From the IMG/VR virus record IMGVR_UViG_3300031578_000043: a DNA stretch of 56,686 bases; one strand, written 5' to 3'. The notes under the pieces are model-generated. The model was not told the DNA's origin and made no database searches. It saw only the letters and a program-made list of their open reading frames with translations. Below, in pieces: positions 6,799-15,390 of the stretch (the stretch's first letter is position 1; each line of letters starts with the position of its first letter). The DNA is from a virus. A program made the translations under genes and the position numbers.

Positions 6799-8666
6799 TA
6801 CGCCTCCTTCGCCTTGCCGAGATAGGCGTCTATCGCCCGCGCAATCCCATCGTGCGGCTTTGATCTTTCAATCCTAGCCCGCAGCGTGGTTATCATTTCC
6901 TCGGTCAGCATGGCTTCGTGGGCTTTGCGTTCCTCGGCTTCCCTGATAGCCTGCTGGCGCACCCGTTCGGTCTCCTGCCGCGCCTGTTCGGCTAGGCGCT
7001 TTTGCCGTTCTTCCTCATCGGCCTTAGCCTTGGCCGCGCGCTCGATTCCCTCCTGCTGGATTCGGGCGGCTTCCAGGCGATCCGATTCCGCCTTCAAACG
7101 CGCTTCCTCAGCCGCGATTCTATCCCTTGCAGCAGCTTCCTCGGCTTGGATGGCCTCACGCCTTGCTTTGTCCTCGGCATCGCGTTTGGCGCGTTCCTGT
7201 GCTTGCCTTGAGGCTTCCGCGTCGGCTACCTTGGCCTTTGCTTCATCTTCGGCCAGTTGACGGCTGCGAGATTCCTGATCGACCCGGACCCGCTCGGCTC
7301 TTTCCGCTTCGGCTTTAGCTTTGGCCGCTTCCTCGGCCCTGATCTTCTCGCGTTCGGTTTCTAGGCGTTCCTTTTCAGCGTCCTGGTGAGCCCTGACCCG
7401 GTTTATCACGATGGCGTCGAAAGCCTCGGAGTCCATGTGCAGAAGGGCGTCCATGTCGCGGAACAGGAAAGTGTAGTCCTTGGCGAGCGAGTTGGCCGAC
7501 TTGAGGTTGATTTCCGCCTTGTCCGCAATTGAATTGGCCTCGATCTTGCCCGATGCCAACATGGTATCAACCGCGTCCCGGAGCGAACTAACCGTTTTTT
7601 TCCCTTTTATCGCGCCCGCAAAATCAGGCATTGAGACGGCGCCGAGCATGTAGGAGCGTCCGATGCGTTTATTCAGCATGGCAAGGTGCGCGCCCAGCGC
7701 GTCCTTCCCGCCTTGCACAATTTCGACCCTGATCGACTCTTTGCGCGCCTTCACCAGCGCAGTCAGAGCAAGCCGAGTTTGCCGAGCCTGACCCGCGTAA
7801 AGGGCGACTGTGCGGCTCATTTCGTCCACGGTGGCGACTTGGGCCAGGGCGTTCGCTTTGGCCGCTTCCAGGGCTTTCTCTGCGGTCTCCAAGGTCTTGA
7901 TTGCCGCTTCGCTGTCGGCAAATTCTTGGTCGGTGGACGGCTTCTCAGGTAGTCCCGCAATGAAGTCCGTCAACTTCTCCCCGAACAGCTTGAGGTTGTC
8001 GTGAAGGGTGATTGACCCGGCGACTTGGATGGACAGGGCAGGTAGGGCAATCGTTGCTGCCGCTTTCGCTGCGGGAATCACTTCGACCGGCTTGTAGTCA
8101 AGGAGGTCAGCTTCAAATTGCGCCCAACCTTCGCGGATTCGTTTCGCCCAAGCGGGATCTGGTTTGACCATCATGTGAACGCAGTTCTCGGGCGTTCCGT
8201 CTGAGACCATGAACAGCACTTGCTCGGCGCCCGTCACCATCATTACCTGCTGGCACTGTGGCTGATGTTCTTCTGGCAGGATTCCTTTTGCAACGGACGC
8301 CGCTAGGTCTTTGGCCCATTGCTTATGTTCCCACGCGGTTGTTTCGTCCATCGTGAGTCCGTCGCAGGATGCGGACAGTTTGCCCAACGAGCAAGTTGTC
8401 GGATAGAGATCCTCGCCAAGAATTTTTTCAGCGATCGGACGCGCCTGTGCTTCGAGTTCATGTCCGCGGGCAAAGATTTTCTCCTGCATGAAATCGCTGT
8501 ATTCCTTTGCGATGCCGGTTGCTTTTGCCCTGAGCAATTCGCTCCTTGTCATCTTGGAAGAAATTCCCAACATAGGGGCCGCTTCGCTTGCGCCGTCATG
8601 GTCAAGCCTGAACTGATCCCAAAGCGGAGTTCCTTGAATCAGGTCGTGTACGATGCGTTCGCTCAT
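6798..8666 (-). CDS. YqaJ/lambda-Exo-like recombination exonuclease fused to a long helical and E/A/R/K-rich C-terminal extension
   Basis: The N-terminal ~190 aa (LIQGTPLWDQFR...GHELEAQARP...SCDGL...WEHKQW) fit the YqaJ PD-(D/E)xK exonuclease pattern. These are followed by ~240 helical aa and ~190 aa of charged repeats. ATGA-coupled to the annealase gene. Confidence 0.7.
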   Translation of the reverse strand: MSERIVHDLIQGTPLWDQFRLDHDGASEAAPMLGISSKMTRSELLRAKATGIAKEYSDFMQEKIFARGHELEAQARPIAEKILGEDLYPTTCSLGKLSASCDGLTMDETTAWEHKQWAKDLAASVAKGILPEEHQPQCQQVMMVTGAEQVLFMVSDGTPENCVHMMVKPDPAWAKRIREGWAQFEADLLDYKPVEVIPAAKAAATIALPALSIQVAGSITLHDNLKLFGEKLTDFIAGLPEKPSTDQEFADSEAAIKTLETAEKALEAAKANALAQVATVDEMSRTVALYAGQARQTRLALTALVKARKESIRVEIVQGGKDALGAHLAMLNKRIGRSYMLGAVSMPDFAGAIKGKKTVSSLRDAVDTMLASGKIEANSIADKAEINLKSANSLAKDYTFLFRDMDALLHMDSEAFDAIVINRVRAHQDAEKERLETEREKIRAEEAAKAKAEAERAERVRVDQESRSRQLAEDEAKAKVADAEASRQAQERAKRDAEDKARREAIQAEEAAARDRIAAEEARLKAESDRLEAARIQQEGIERAAKAKADEEERQKRLAEQARQETERVRQQAIREAEERKAHEAMLTEEMITTLRARIERSKPHDGIARAIDAYLGKAKEA

Positions 8667-9658
8667 TCCCATTCTCCCCCGAATGATTCGTAAAGTTTCT
8701 CAAGGTCGGCGCTTTGCTGGTCGTCGGCAATGCGCTCGATCAGCGTAGCGGCTGCGACCAGCGCTTTCTTGTCCTTCGCTTTGTCGGCCGCTTCCAACTG
8801 TTCGGCAATCTCGGCAAAGGTGATGTTCGCTGCCTCGATTTGCTTTTTCTGCTCGTCACTCAATACCGCTTTGGACGAAACCATTGTGATGATCTGCGCA
8901 GCGGTTTTCTTCCCCGACTTGATGAGCTTCGTCCAAGCGGGGAGATTCTTGGTGAAGGCTTCGGCGGCGTAGGCAGGGAGCCCTTCGGGTTTTTGTTCTT
9001 CCCGTTTTTCCTCGTTTCTGTTTCCATCTTCGTCCGTGATGGGGACGTTGAATACCATGCAGGTCAGAACACGTCGCCCGTAGGTCGTCATGGAAACTAC
9101 GCCTTGAATCGGCGTTTTGTTCGCATTGCCTTTCACTCCGACTTCATCCGAAGGCAGGTCGATGTGATGCTGCCTCGAATGCCCTCCTGAGTGAGAAACA
9201 ATTGCGATGGTTCTGAACCACCCTTGAGGCGGCGGGCTGATCGGCTTGCCGTCTGCACCCAAAACAGGTCTGTCTGAATCGAAGGAAATGGAGAGACCTT
9301 CTGCGGTGTAGAAAGGCACGATCACCCGCGAAATAGCCGCGAGGTCCGCATAGACGCTCCGGGTGTGCTCGTTGCGTTGATTGGCGACGATAGGGACGAT
9401 CTTCGATTGAGCTCGCGCCATCGCGTCGTTAAACGCGGACTCGGCCTCCTTCGCCATCAATTGCTGGTGCATGGCGAAAAGACGCTCGATCTTTTCAATG
9501 TCCATGTCCGGGTTCGATGCGACACGCTCGATTGCGATAAGCAGGGAGCCAGCGTTGCCTTGTGAGCGAACAGCAGGAAGCGCCCGCTCGTCGTTTCGGG
9601 TGAAACTTCCCTGCGGCATTTCGATAACGCGGCCTTCGTCTTTTGCTGCTGTTTCCAT
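8663..9658 (-). CDS. ERF-family single-strand annealing protein
   Basis: AFNDAMARAQSKI...SVYADLAAISRVIVPFYTAEGLSISF...IVSHSGGH...MTTYGRRVLTCMVFNV fits the ERF pattern. GGAGGA RBS before ATG 9658. Paired with the exonuclease. Confidence 0.65.
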   Translation of the reverse strand: METAAKDEGRVIEMPQGSFTRNDERALPAVRSQGNAGSLLIAIERVASNPDMDIEKIERLFAMHQQLMAKEAESAFNDAMARAQSKIVPIVANQRNEHTRSVYADLAAISRVIVPFYTAEGLSISFDSDRPVLGADGKPISPPPQGWFRTIAIVSHSGGHSRQHHIDLPSDEVGVKGNANKTPIQGVVSMTTYGRRVLTCMVFNVPITDEDGNRNEEKREEQKPEGLPAYAAEAFTKNLPAWTKLIKSGKKTAAQIITMVSSKAVLSDEQKKQIEAANITFAEIAEQLEAADKAKDKKALVAAATLIERIADDQQSADLEKLYESFGGEWE

Positions 9659-9668
9659 ACTTCCTCCG

Positions 9669-9752
9669 TTAAGGTGACAAATTCCAATAGCAAGCGGCAA
9701 TGGACAACGCTAAAGCCGCAAGCCAAAAAAGGACGATGAAGCGATGGCTCAT
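9669..9752 (-). CDS. Possible 27-aa hydrophobic peptide
   Basis: MSHRFIVLFWLAALALSIAACYWNLSP, ATGA-coupled to the upstream ORF. Confidence 0.3.
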   Translation of the reverse strand: MSHRFIVLFWLAALALSIAACYWNLSP

Positions 9753-9931
9753 TTCGCAATCCTGCGCACTTTCCGCTCCTGTTCCGCCGTCGCCGCTTCC
9801 TCCTTCGCCTTCTTCGCAGCTTCTTGCTCGCGCAGTTCGCGGCGGATACGGTCGAATTTTGCCTTCAAGTAGCCGGGCTTGCGCGATTCCTCTGCCGTGC
9901 TGTAAGCGTATGCTCTGCAAATCTTTCCCAT
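9749..9931 (-). CDS. Hypothetical basic coiled-coil protein
   Basis: 60 aa, in a coupled gene chain. Confidence 0.45.
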   Translation of the reverse strand: MGKICRAYAYSTAEESRKPGYLKAKFDRIRRELREQEAAKKAKEEAATAEQERKVRRIAK

Positions 9932-10107
9932 CACGCCCTCCTGATAATCGGTTTGCCGTCCGCGCCCAAGTCCGAAGGGCCGGTGCTGATGTGGCGGTCT
10001 GCGCGTTCGTCGGGCTTGTCGTCGTGCCATTCGGCTGCGTCGTTGTCGCGCTTGAGCATCGCCGTCGCTTCGTCCAGTAACGGCGGAATGTCTTTCAGTG
10101 GGATCAT
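9931..10107 (-). CDS. Hypothetical acidic protein
   Basis: 58 aa, with ATGA overlap onto the DnaN-like gene stop. Confidence 0.45.
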   Translation of the reverse strand: MIPLKDIPPLLDEATAMLKRDNDAAEWHDDKPDERADRHISTGPSDLGADGKPIIRRA

Positions 10108-10712
10108 GAACGCGGCTTCTTTTCCGTATGCGCCCACGCCGGAGCCCTGCATTCGTCAGAAGTACGCATTGGCATAATGACGCCAAGGAAACTGTCCAGA
10201 TTTCGATAAGTGACGAGTCCAGATTTGTCGCCATTCGGCCATATCGTCGGACAATTGAAACTGCGATTGCCATATGCTAATTTCACCGCTTTCTGGAATT
10301 GGGCGACATACTCTGGGTTATAGTGGGCGACTTCCTTGGACGGAACAAGGCCCGCTTCTACCGCTTGTTGATAATCGGGGAATCTGCCATCTATCGGCTT
10401 GAAACAGATTTCAAGTGCGCCGTATTCCAGCGAACATTTCACACCGTCTCCGTAGTGGAAGTTGATGTTCGTAATCTTCGGTTTGCGCTTTATGGCGTCG
10501 ATTGCCTCATTGGGGATGATGAATTTCCCGGTGTGTTCGCTGGCCGTCTCGGTGCGGAATATGATGAGCTTATGTCCGTCCGTTGCAACGATGCGAAATT
10601 CCTTCGGCATGATTTCAATGCAGACGCCGTTTATGTAATAGAGAATGTCAATCTTCGCTGCCATGATTTGCGCCGCCTTCAACCATGCAATAGGAAAACT
10701 GATTTCGTTCAT
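10104..10712 (-). CDS. Truncated DnaN-like (DNA polymerase III beta sliding clamp-like) protein
   Basis: Carries RIVATDGHKLI, IDGRFPDY and a near-C-terminal VIMPMR, matching the E. coli DnaN motifs ATDGHRLA, DGRFPDY and VVMPMRL. It is only 202 aa. Confidence 0.7.
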   Translation of the reverse strand: MNEISFPIAWLKAAQIMAAKIDILYYINGVCIEIMPKEFRIVATDGHKLIIFRTETASEHTGKFIIPNEAIDAIKRKPKITNINFHYGDGVKCSLEYGALEICFKPIDGRFPDYQQAVEAGLVPSKEVAHYNPEYVAQFQKAVKLAYGNRSFNCPTIWPNGDKSGLVTYRNLDSFLGVIMPMRTSDECRAPAWAHTEKKPRS

Positions 10713-10888
10713 TTCGCCTCCTTCTTCTTCGCCCTCGTCTTGACCTCGCGCTCGGCGCCGCAGCGCGAACAGACAGAATGATAGCGTGCTATTTTAGGGT
10801 GAGCGCCGTCCGTCACGTATTCCTTGATGCGGCGGCGCCACTTGTGCGGGCGCACTTTGCATAGAATCGCGCCTAGAAATTCAAACAT
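10709..10888 (-). CDS. Hypothetical 59-aa basic protein (below the ORF-track cutoff), first gene of the leftward operon
   Basis: Hand-translated: MFEFLGAILCKVRPHKWRRRIKEYVTDGAHPKIARYHSVCSRCGAEREVKTRAKKKEAK. GGAG lies 7 nt upstream of the ATG, and there is an ATGA overlap with the DnaN-like start. Confidence 0.45.
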   Translation of the reverse strand: MFEFLGAILCKVRPHKWRRRIKEYVTDGAHPKIARYHSVCSRCGAEREVKTRAKKKEAK

Positions 10889-10919
10889 TCGTTGCTCCGG
10901 TTGGTTGGTGTACGATTAC

Positions 10920-10949
10920 AGAATAGCAAACAGTTTTTCGCGTTGTCAA
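10920..10949 (-). promoter_or_regulatory. Leftward early promoter
   Basis: Minus strand reads TTGACA-N18-TATTCT, about 30 nt upstream of the ORF start at 10888. Confidence 0.5.
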
Positions 10950-10956
10950 GAACTAA

Positions 10957-10985
10957 TTGCAAAATCGTTTGGCGTGTGCTATGTT
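10957..10985 (+). promoter_or_regulatory. Rightward early promoter
   Basis: TTGCAA-N17-TATGTT upstream of the Cro-like gene, back to back with the leftward promoter. Confidence 0.5.
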
Positions 10986-11016
10986 GGCATCTGCGTTACA
11001 AATTAAAGGACGAGCG

Positions 11017-11187
11017 ATGACGCCGAAGCAGATTATAAAATTCTATGGGGGCCGAACGAAGGCGGCAGGCGTTCTCGGCTTTACGCTACAGACATTCAGA
11101 AATTGGGAGAGGAGCGGAATCCCGCTTCGATCTCAACAGGTAATTCAGTACATCAGCGGTGGGGCGCTCAAGGTGTCGAAAAAATGA
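11017..11187 (+). CDS. Cro/YdaS-like helix-turn-helix regulator
   Basis: 56 aa. The pattern GGRTKAAGVLGFTLQTFRNWERSGIPLRSQQVIQYISGGAL resembles Cro/YdaS family proteins. First gene of the rightward operon. Confidence 0.6.
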   Translation: MTPKQIIKFYGGRTKAAGVLGFTLQTFRNWERSGIPLRSQQVIQYISGGALKVSKK

Positions 11188-11942
11188 GCGTCCGTCTGGT
11201 CACTTACGAAGCTGCCCGCGTAGCTCTCAAGCAGGCCGTCGAAATAGACGACGTAAAAGACATTCGGGACAAGGCGCAGGCGATGGCCGCGTATGCCTTG
11301 CAGATTAAAAACGACGATATGTACCAGTGGGTGAAAGATATAAAACTTCGAGCCGAACGCAGGATGGGGGAATTGCTCGAAGAAGTAGGGCCAAATAAGG
11401 GCGCGGCGACCCCCCGCACAGTCGAAATCGACAACGCGGTAACTGACAGTGACCGCGTTAAGCCGACACTGGCCGAAATCGGCATTTCCAAGAAGCAGTC
11501 CACTGATTTCAAAGCGATTGCATCAATTCCAGAAAAGGAATTTGAAGAAGCGGTAAGCGCCGGAAAAGAGACAACCGCGAGTCTCGTTAGAAAGAGCCCA
11601 AAAAAGGCCAAAGCCCTCAAGGAAGCCAAAGAGAAAAAGCCGAAGTTGCCGAAGAAGCCGAGCGCGGCGAAACCGGCTGGCGATGTGGAAAAGCGCCTCG
11701 CTAAACTCCAGGCCGACTATGACGAACTGAAAGAAAACCGCGACGATCTTGCGGACGAGTTGAAAACGTGCCTCGCAATCAGCGAAGGCAAGGACGCCAA
11801 AGTAATGAACACGCTACGCGAAGAATTGCGGATCTGCACAAGGCGAAAGAACGAGTTGATGGCGAATCTCGCAGAAGCGAAAAAGTCCGCGACGTATTGG
11901 ATGGGGCAGGCTAAGAAACTTGGTTGGAAGCCGAAGAAATGA
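11184..11942 (+). CDS. Hypothetical protein (conserved-looking N-terminal domain, K/E-rich coiled C-terminus)
   Basis: 252 aa, ATGA-coupled on both sides. N-terminus VKDIRDKAQAMAAYALQ...IKLRAERRMGELL. Confidence 0.55.
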   Translation: MSVRLVTYEAARVALKQAVEIDDVKDIRDKAQAMAAYALQIKNDDMYQWVKDIKLRAERRMGELLEEVGPNKGAATPRTVEIDNAVTDSDRVKPTLAEIGISKKQSTDFKAIASIPEKEFEEAVSAGKETTASLVRKSPKKAKALKEAKEKKPKLPKKPSAAKPAGDVEKRLAKLQADYDELKENRDDLADELKTCLAISEGKDAKVMNTLREELRICTRRKNELMANLAEAKKSATYWMGQAKKLGWKPKK

Positions 11943-13477
11943 TCGAGCTTCGGCAATATCAGCAGGACAGCATCGACGCGCTGCGTGAGGGCATACGCGC
12001 AGGCCACAAGCGGCAAATCCTCTGTTCTCCGACTGGCTCGGGGAAAACAGAAATTGCGATGGCGCTCAGCCAGGATGCGTTGAAGAAGGGAAGCAAGACA
12101 GCCTTCATCTGTGACAGAATTGCGATTTTGGATCAGACCTCTCAGCGGTTTGACTCCAATCAAATCCCCCACGGAATAATCCAAAGCGGTCACTGGCGCT
12201 GGAGACCTTCTGAGCCGGCGCAGATTTGCTCGGCGCAAACTCTGGCTCGGCGTGGAGTAATGTCCGGGCTAAAGCTAATCATCGTTGACGAGTGCCATAC
12301 GCTATACAAGTCCACCGTCAAGTTCATCGAAGCGCATCCTGAGATTGTCACCATCGGACTATCGGCCTCGCCGTTTTCGAAAGGACTCGGGGCGCTCTAT
12401 TCAAACATCGTGAACGTCACGACGACGAATAAGTTGATCGAGGAAAAATACCTTACCGGACTGCGGGTGTTCGCTGCAAAGGCAATCGACATGCGGGGCG
12501 CTAAACTGAAATTCGACGGGGAGTGGATGGACGCGGAGATTGAAAAACGCGGACTTGAAATCGTTGGCGACATAGTTCAGGAATGGGTCACAAAAACAGG
12601 GGAGATATTTGGTGGCCCGGTAAAGACAATTTTATTCTCCGCGACCGTCGCGCACGGCGAGGAGCTGTGCAGGCAGTTTCAAGCGGCTGGATTCAATTTC
12701 CAGCAGGTAAGCTACAAGGACGGCAACGACGACTCGCGCAGGGTCTTGATTGAGGAATTCCGTCAGCCGGATTCCGAAATAATGGGGCTGGTATCTGTCG
12801 AGGCGCTGGCGAAGGGCTTTGACGTTCCCGACATTCGGTGTCTCGTCTCAGCGAAGCCCTATCGCAAAATCCTCTCCGGTCACATTCAGCAAATTGGCCG
12901 CGGAATGAGGATTTCGCCCGATAAGGAATTTTGCTTGCTGCTAGATCACTCTGGAAACTTTCTCCGGTTCTACGACGATACGATGAGTTTCTTTGAGCGC
13001 GGGCTTGAGGGGCTTGGCGAGGGGCATCTTGATTCAACCGCAAGACAGGAGCCGGAAGAAAAGCAAGTCCGAGAACTCGTCTGTGGCAATTGTCGCGCAG
13101 TTATTCCGCCTGGGTCATCGTCTTGCGCGGTGTGTGGTTTGGTAAAGCCGAAAAAGCAAAACGATACAGAAAGCCTCCCCGGAGAAATGGTCGAGCTTGA
13201 ACTGAACTCTAAGGGAAAACCGCTTCCCGATTTTTTGCAGGACAAGGATCGCGTGTGGCGTCAAATCTGCCAACTGTCTCTTGATCGAAAAAGCGGTGAC
13301 GAGATTGCGGCGGAACGATTTGCTAAAGCGCAGTACATGAATATCTACGGAACATGGCCGCGTCACGCGATGAGAAACATCACGCCGGAAGAACCGAGCT
13401 TGCAGCTTCAATCGAAAATCAAGGCGAACCTGATTCGATATTTCAAGGGTAAGGCGAAACGCGAGGCGCAGGCATGA
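11939..13477 (+). CDS. SF2 DEAD/DEAH-box helicase with C-terminal zinc ribbon
   Basis: Motif I CSPTGSGKT, motif II DECH, motif VI QQIGRGMR, and C-terminal CGNC...CAVCG. Confidence 0.85.
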   Translation: MIELRQYQQDSIDALREGIRAGHKRQILCSPTGSGKTEIAMALSQDALKKGSKTAFICDRIAILDQTSQRFDSNQIPHGIIQSGHWRWRPSEPAQICSAQTLARRGVMSGLKLIIVDECHTLYKSTVKFIEAHPEIVTIGLSASPFSKGLGALYSNIVNVTTTNKLIEEKYLTGLRVFAAKAIDMRGAKLKFDGEWMDAEIEKRGLEIVGDIVQEWVTKTGEIFGGPVKTILFSATVAHGEELCRQFQAAGFNFQQVSYKDGNDDSRRVLIEEFRQPDSEIMGLVSVEALAKGFDVPDIRCLVSAKPYRKILSGHIQQIGRGMRISPDKEFCLLLDHSGNFLRFYDDTMSFFERGLEGLGEGHLDSTARQEPEEKQVRELVCGNCRAVIPPGSSSCAVCGLVKPKKQNDTESLPGEMVELELNSKGKPLPDFLQDKDRVWRQICQLSLDRKSGDEIAAERFAKAQYMNIYGTWPRHAMRNITPEEPSLQLQSKIKANLIRYFKGKAKREAQA

Positions 13478-13665
13478 GCCACAAGTTCGCCCTGCACAGT
13501 TTCCTAGCCGCTCCATATTACGGCAATTCGGAGTTTGAGCAACCTGATACCAAACCCGTTCGCGTGGTGCTCTATGAGCCTGTTGCGGCGCTCAGAAAGG
13601 AACTGCAGGCGGCGAACAAGCGGATTCAGGAATTGCAGGGTCCGAGAAAACCGAAGCGGGCTTGA
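13474..13665 (+). CDS. Hypothetical protein
   Basis: 63-aa ORF, ATGA-coupled to the helicase. Confidence 0.45.
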   Translation: MSHKFALHSFLAAPYYGNSEFEQPDTKPVRVVLYEPVAALRKELQAANKRIQELQGPRKPKRA

Positions 13666-13689
13666 CTTTTCATAATGAAAGCGTATTCT
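13662..13689 (+). promoter_or_regulatory. Candidate promoter at the start of a ~450-bp non-coding stretch
   Basis: TTGACT-N16-TATTCT. Confidence 0.35.
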
Positions 13690-13958
13690 ACAAACAACAG
13701 AGCCCCGAGGATGATTGGTCCCCGAGGCTCTAATCCTGTGTCGATCGTGACTCGGCCACAGAACAATGTAATCAGTCTAAATTGTTCCGTTCCTGCTGTC
13801 AATCCCCCCAGGCGCATAGCGGCGTTACAGCGCGTTGACGGAGCTACGTTACATCCGGGCATGGCAGGGGGCCTAATATCTGCCGGCGCTACACTGAACC
13901 CCGGCGCATTGGGCGGTAGGCTGGTTAACCGCTGCCCTCGTAAAACCCGCGCCTATGT

Positions 13959-13987
13959 GCAGAGTGCTTTCGAAAAGAGCATTCTGC
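13959..13987. repeat. 29-bp near-perfect palindrome centred on TTCGAA
   Basis: gcagagtgctttcgaaaagagcattctgc. 10 Watson-Crick plus 2 G-T pairs. Lies upstream of the ParB-like gene. Confidence 0.6.
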
Positions 13988-14120
13988 GGATGGGCTTGCT
14001 GCCTTTCGCGGGACAAACGAACGAGAGTAACCGCCGGTACGCTGGCAACAGTTCCTGCTTAATTAGCACGAACGGGGTTCGGTATGGGGAGTGGTGAAGT
14101 GTCAACTTTTGGAGGAATTT

Positions 14121-14924
14121 ATGCAACTCGAACTGATTAGCGGAAATGTCAAACAAGCGATGGCCGGGGCTTCGTCGAGAGACCTGTGGCAAGTGCCTCT
14201 CGATAAACTGAACGTCATCGACGGATTCAACGTGCGCGTCGATCGCGCGGAGCACAAGGCGCATTTGCAAGGGCTCGTCGACTCGATCATGGCGAACGGC
14301 TTTTATCAGAACAAGCCGCTTTCCGGCTACGTCGCCCTGGAAGATGGCGAACAGGTGATCTACGTCACCGATGGTCATTGCCGCCTAGAAGCCGCTACCG
14401 AAGCGGTGCGGCTTGGTGCCGAAATCAAAGCCCTGCCGGTGGTGGTGAGCCCGAAAGGGACCAGCGTCGAGGATCTGACCGTCGGCCTCGTTACAAACAA
14501 TTCCGGGCATCCTCTGACGCAGTACGAAATCGGCATCGTCTGCAAAAGGCTCATCGGATTCGGATGGAATGAAAAAGAAATCGGGAAACGTCTCGGAATG
14601 CCGGCGAGCCGGGTGCGTGACTTGCTCGATTTGGTTGGCGCTCCCGCGTCGGTGCGCGATGCGGTTGCTGACGGGGCGGTTTCCGCTACCCAAGCGATTG
14701 CGACTATTAAAAAGCATGGCGAGAAGGCTGGCGAGGTATTGCGGGCGGGCGCGGCGAAGGCGAAGGCCAAGGGAAAGAAAAAAATAACACGCCGCCACAT
14801 AGAGTCTGCGCTTACGCCGAGGGCGGTAATAAAAGCACTATTGGTTTGGTACGACGCCCCCGCCGGAACGAAAAAGGAACTTGAAAACATCGTCAAATTG
14901 GCGAGAGAGTCTATTGCGCGATGA
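14121..14924 (+). CDS. ParB-like nuclease/partition-domain protein
   Basis: GGAGG RBS. N-terminal ParB/Srx-type box (VIDGFNVRV ... YVTDGHCRLEA), central HTH-like LGMPASRVRDLLDL, and a basic tail. Confidence 0.7.
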   Translation: MQLELISGNVKQAMAGASSRDLWQVPLDKLNVIDGFNVRVDRAEHKAHLQGLVDSIMANGFYQNKPLSGYVALEDGEQVIYVTDGHCRLEAATEAVRLGAEIKALPVVVSPKGTSVEDLTVGLVTNNSGHPLTQYEIGIVCKRLIGFGWNEKEIGKRLGMPASRVRDLLDLVGAPASVRDAVADGAVSATQAIATIKKHGEKAGEVLRAGAAKAKAKGKKKITRRHIESALTPRAVIKALLVWYDAPAGTKKELENIVKLARESIAR

Positions 14925-15232
14925 ATCCTTGTAGGGTATGCGGTAAGCTATTTGACGCATCCTGCTTTTCGTGCAGAGCGAGAATGGGCATGAATGGGGG
15001 TGAATTATCCAAAAATTTAGTCGCAAAATTATTTAAACTGCAAGGCGGTCAATGCGCCTGCGGATGCGGAGGCGATTTAGGGGAGGACTACCATCTGGAT
15101 CATCGTATGCCGTTGGCGCTTGGTGGTTCCAATACTGACGGGAATATGCAGTTGTTGCGGAAACGGTGCAATCTTAGGAAGGGGGCAAAACACCCTATTA
15201 AATTCATGCAAGAGAATGGGTTTTTGCTGTGA
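14921..15232 (+). CDS. HNH endonuclease (short member of the YHLDH...NMQLL family)
   Basis: DYHLDHRMPLALGGSNTDGNMQLLRKRCNLRKGAKHPIKFMQENGFLL. Paralogous C-termini at 21836..22537 and 32963..33613. Confidence 0.75.
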   Translation: MNPCRVCGKLFDASCFSCRARMGMNGGELSKNLVAKLFKLQGGQCACGCGGDLGEDYHLDHRMPLALGGSNTDGNMQLLRKRCNLRKGAKHPIKFMQENGFLL

Positions 15233-15390
15233 AAAATCCTGAAATCTGGACCGACAGCGACGGCACGAAATACCGCCTCATCAATCCTGAGATCGTGAGC
15301 TACGCGCAAAAGCCGGTGAAGATCAAAGGGCGATTGGTGGAACAGCCCAATGCGGAATTTACCATCGTGACAGCGGAGAAGGTGGAGTGA
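15229..15390 (+). CDS. Possible 53-aa protein (below track cutoff)
   Basis: GTG start in a GTGA overlap with the HNH stop, and its TGA overlaps the MTase GTG start. Hand-translated VKNPEIWTDSDGTKYRLINPEIVSYAQKPVKIKGRLVEQPNAEFTIVTAEKVE. Confidence 0.3.
   Translation: MKNPEIWTDSDGTKYRLINPEIVSYAQKPVKIKGRLVEQPNAEFTIVTAEKVE

Noticed and set aside
6886-7318. Several plus-strand ORFs (124, 69 and 63 aa)
   Set aside because: They are antisense to the E/A/R/K repeat region of the exonuclease fusion gene. Repetitive codons keep the opposite frames open.
11204-12238. Minus-strand ORFs of 141 and 173 aa
   Set aside because: They are antisense to coupled rightward genes (the 11184 protein and the helicase) and have a Ser/Leu/Arg-rich off-frame composition.
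13675-14097. A 140-aa plus-strand ORF in the helicase-ParB intergenic region
   Set aside because: It has no RBS, and its translation is Pro/Arg/Asn/Gly-rich and not protein-like. The region is better explained as non-coding with structured elements.
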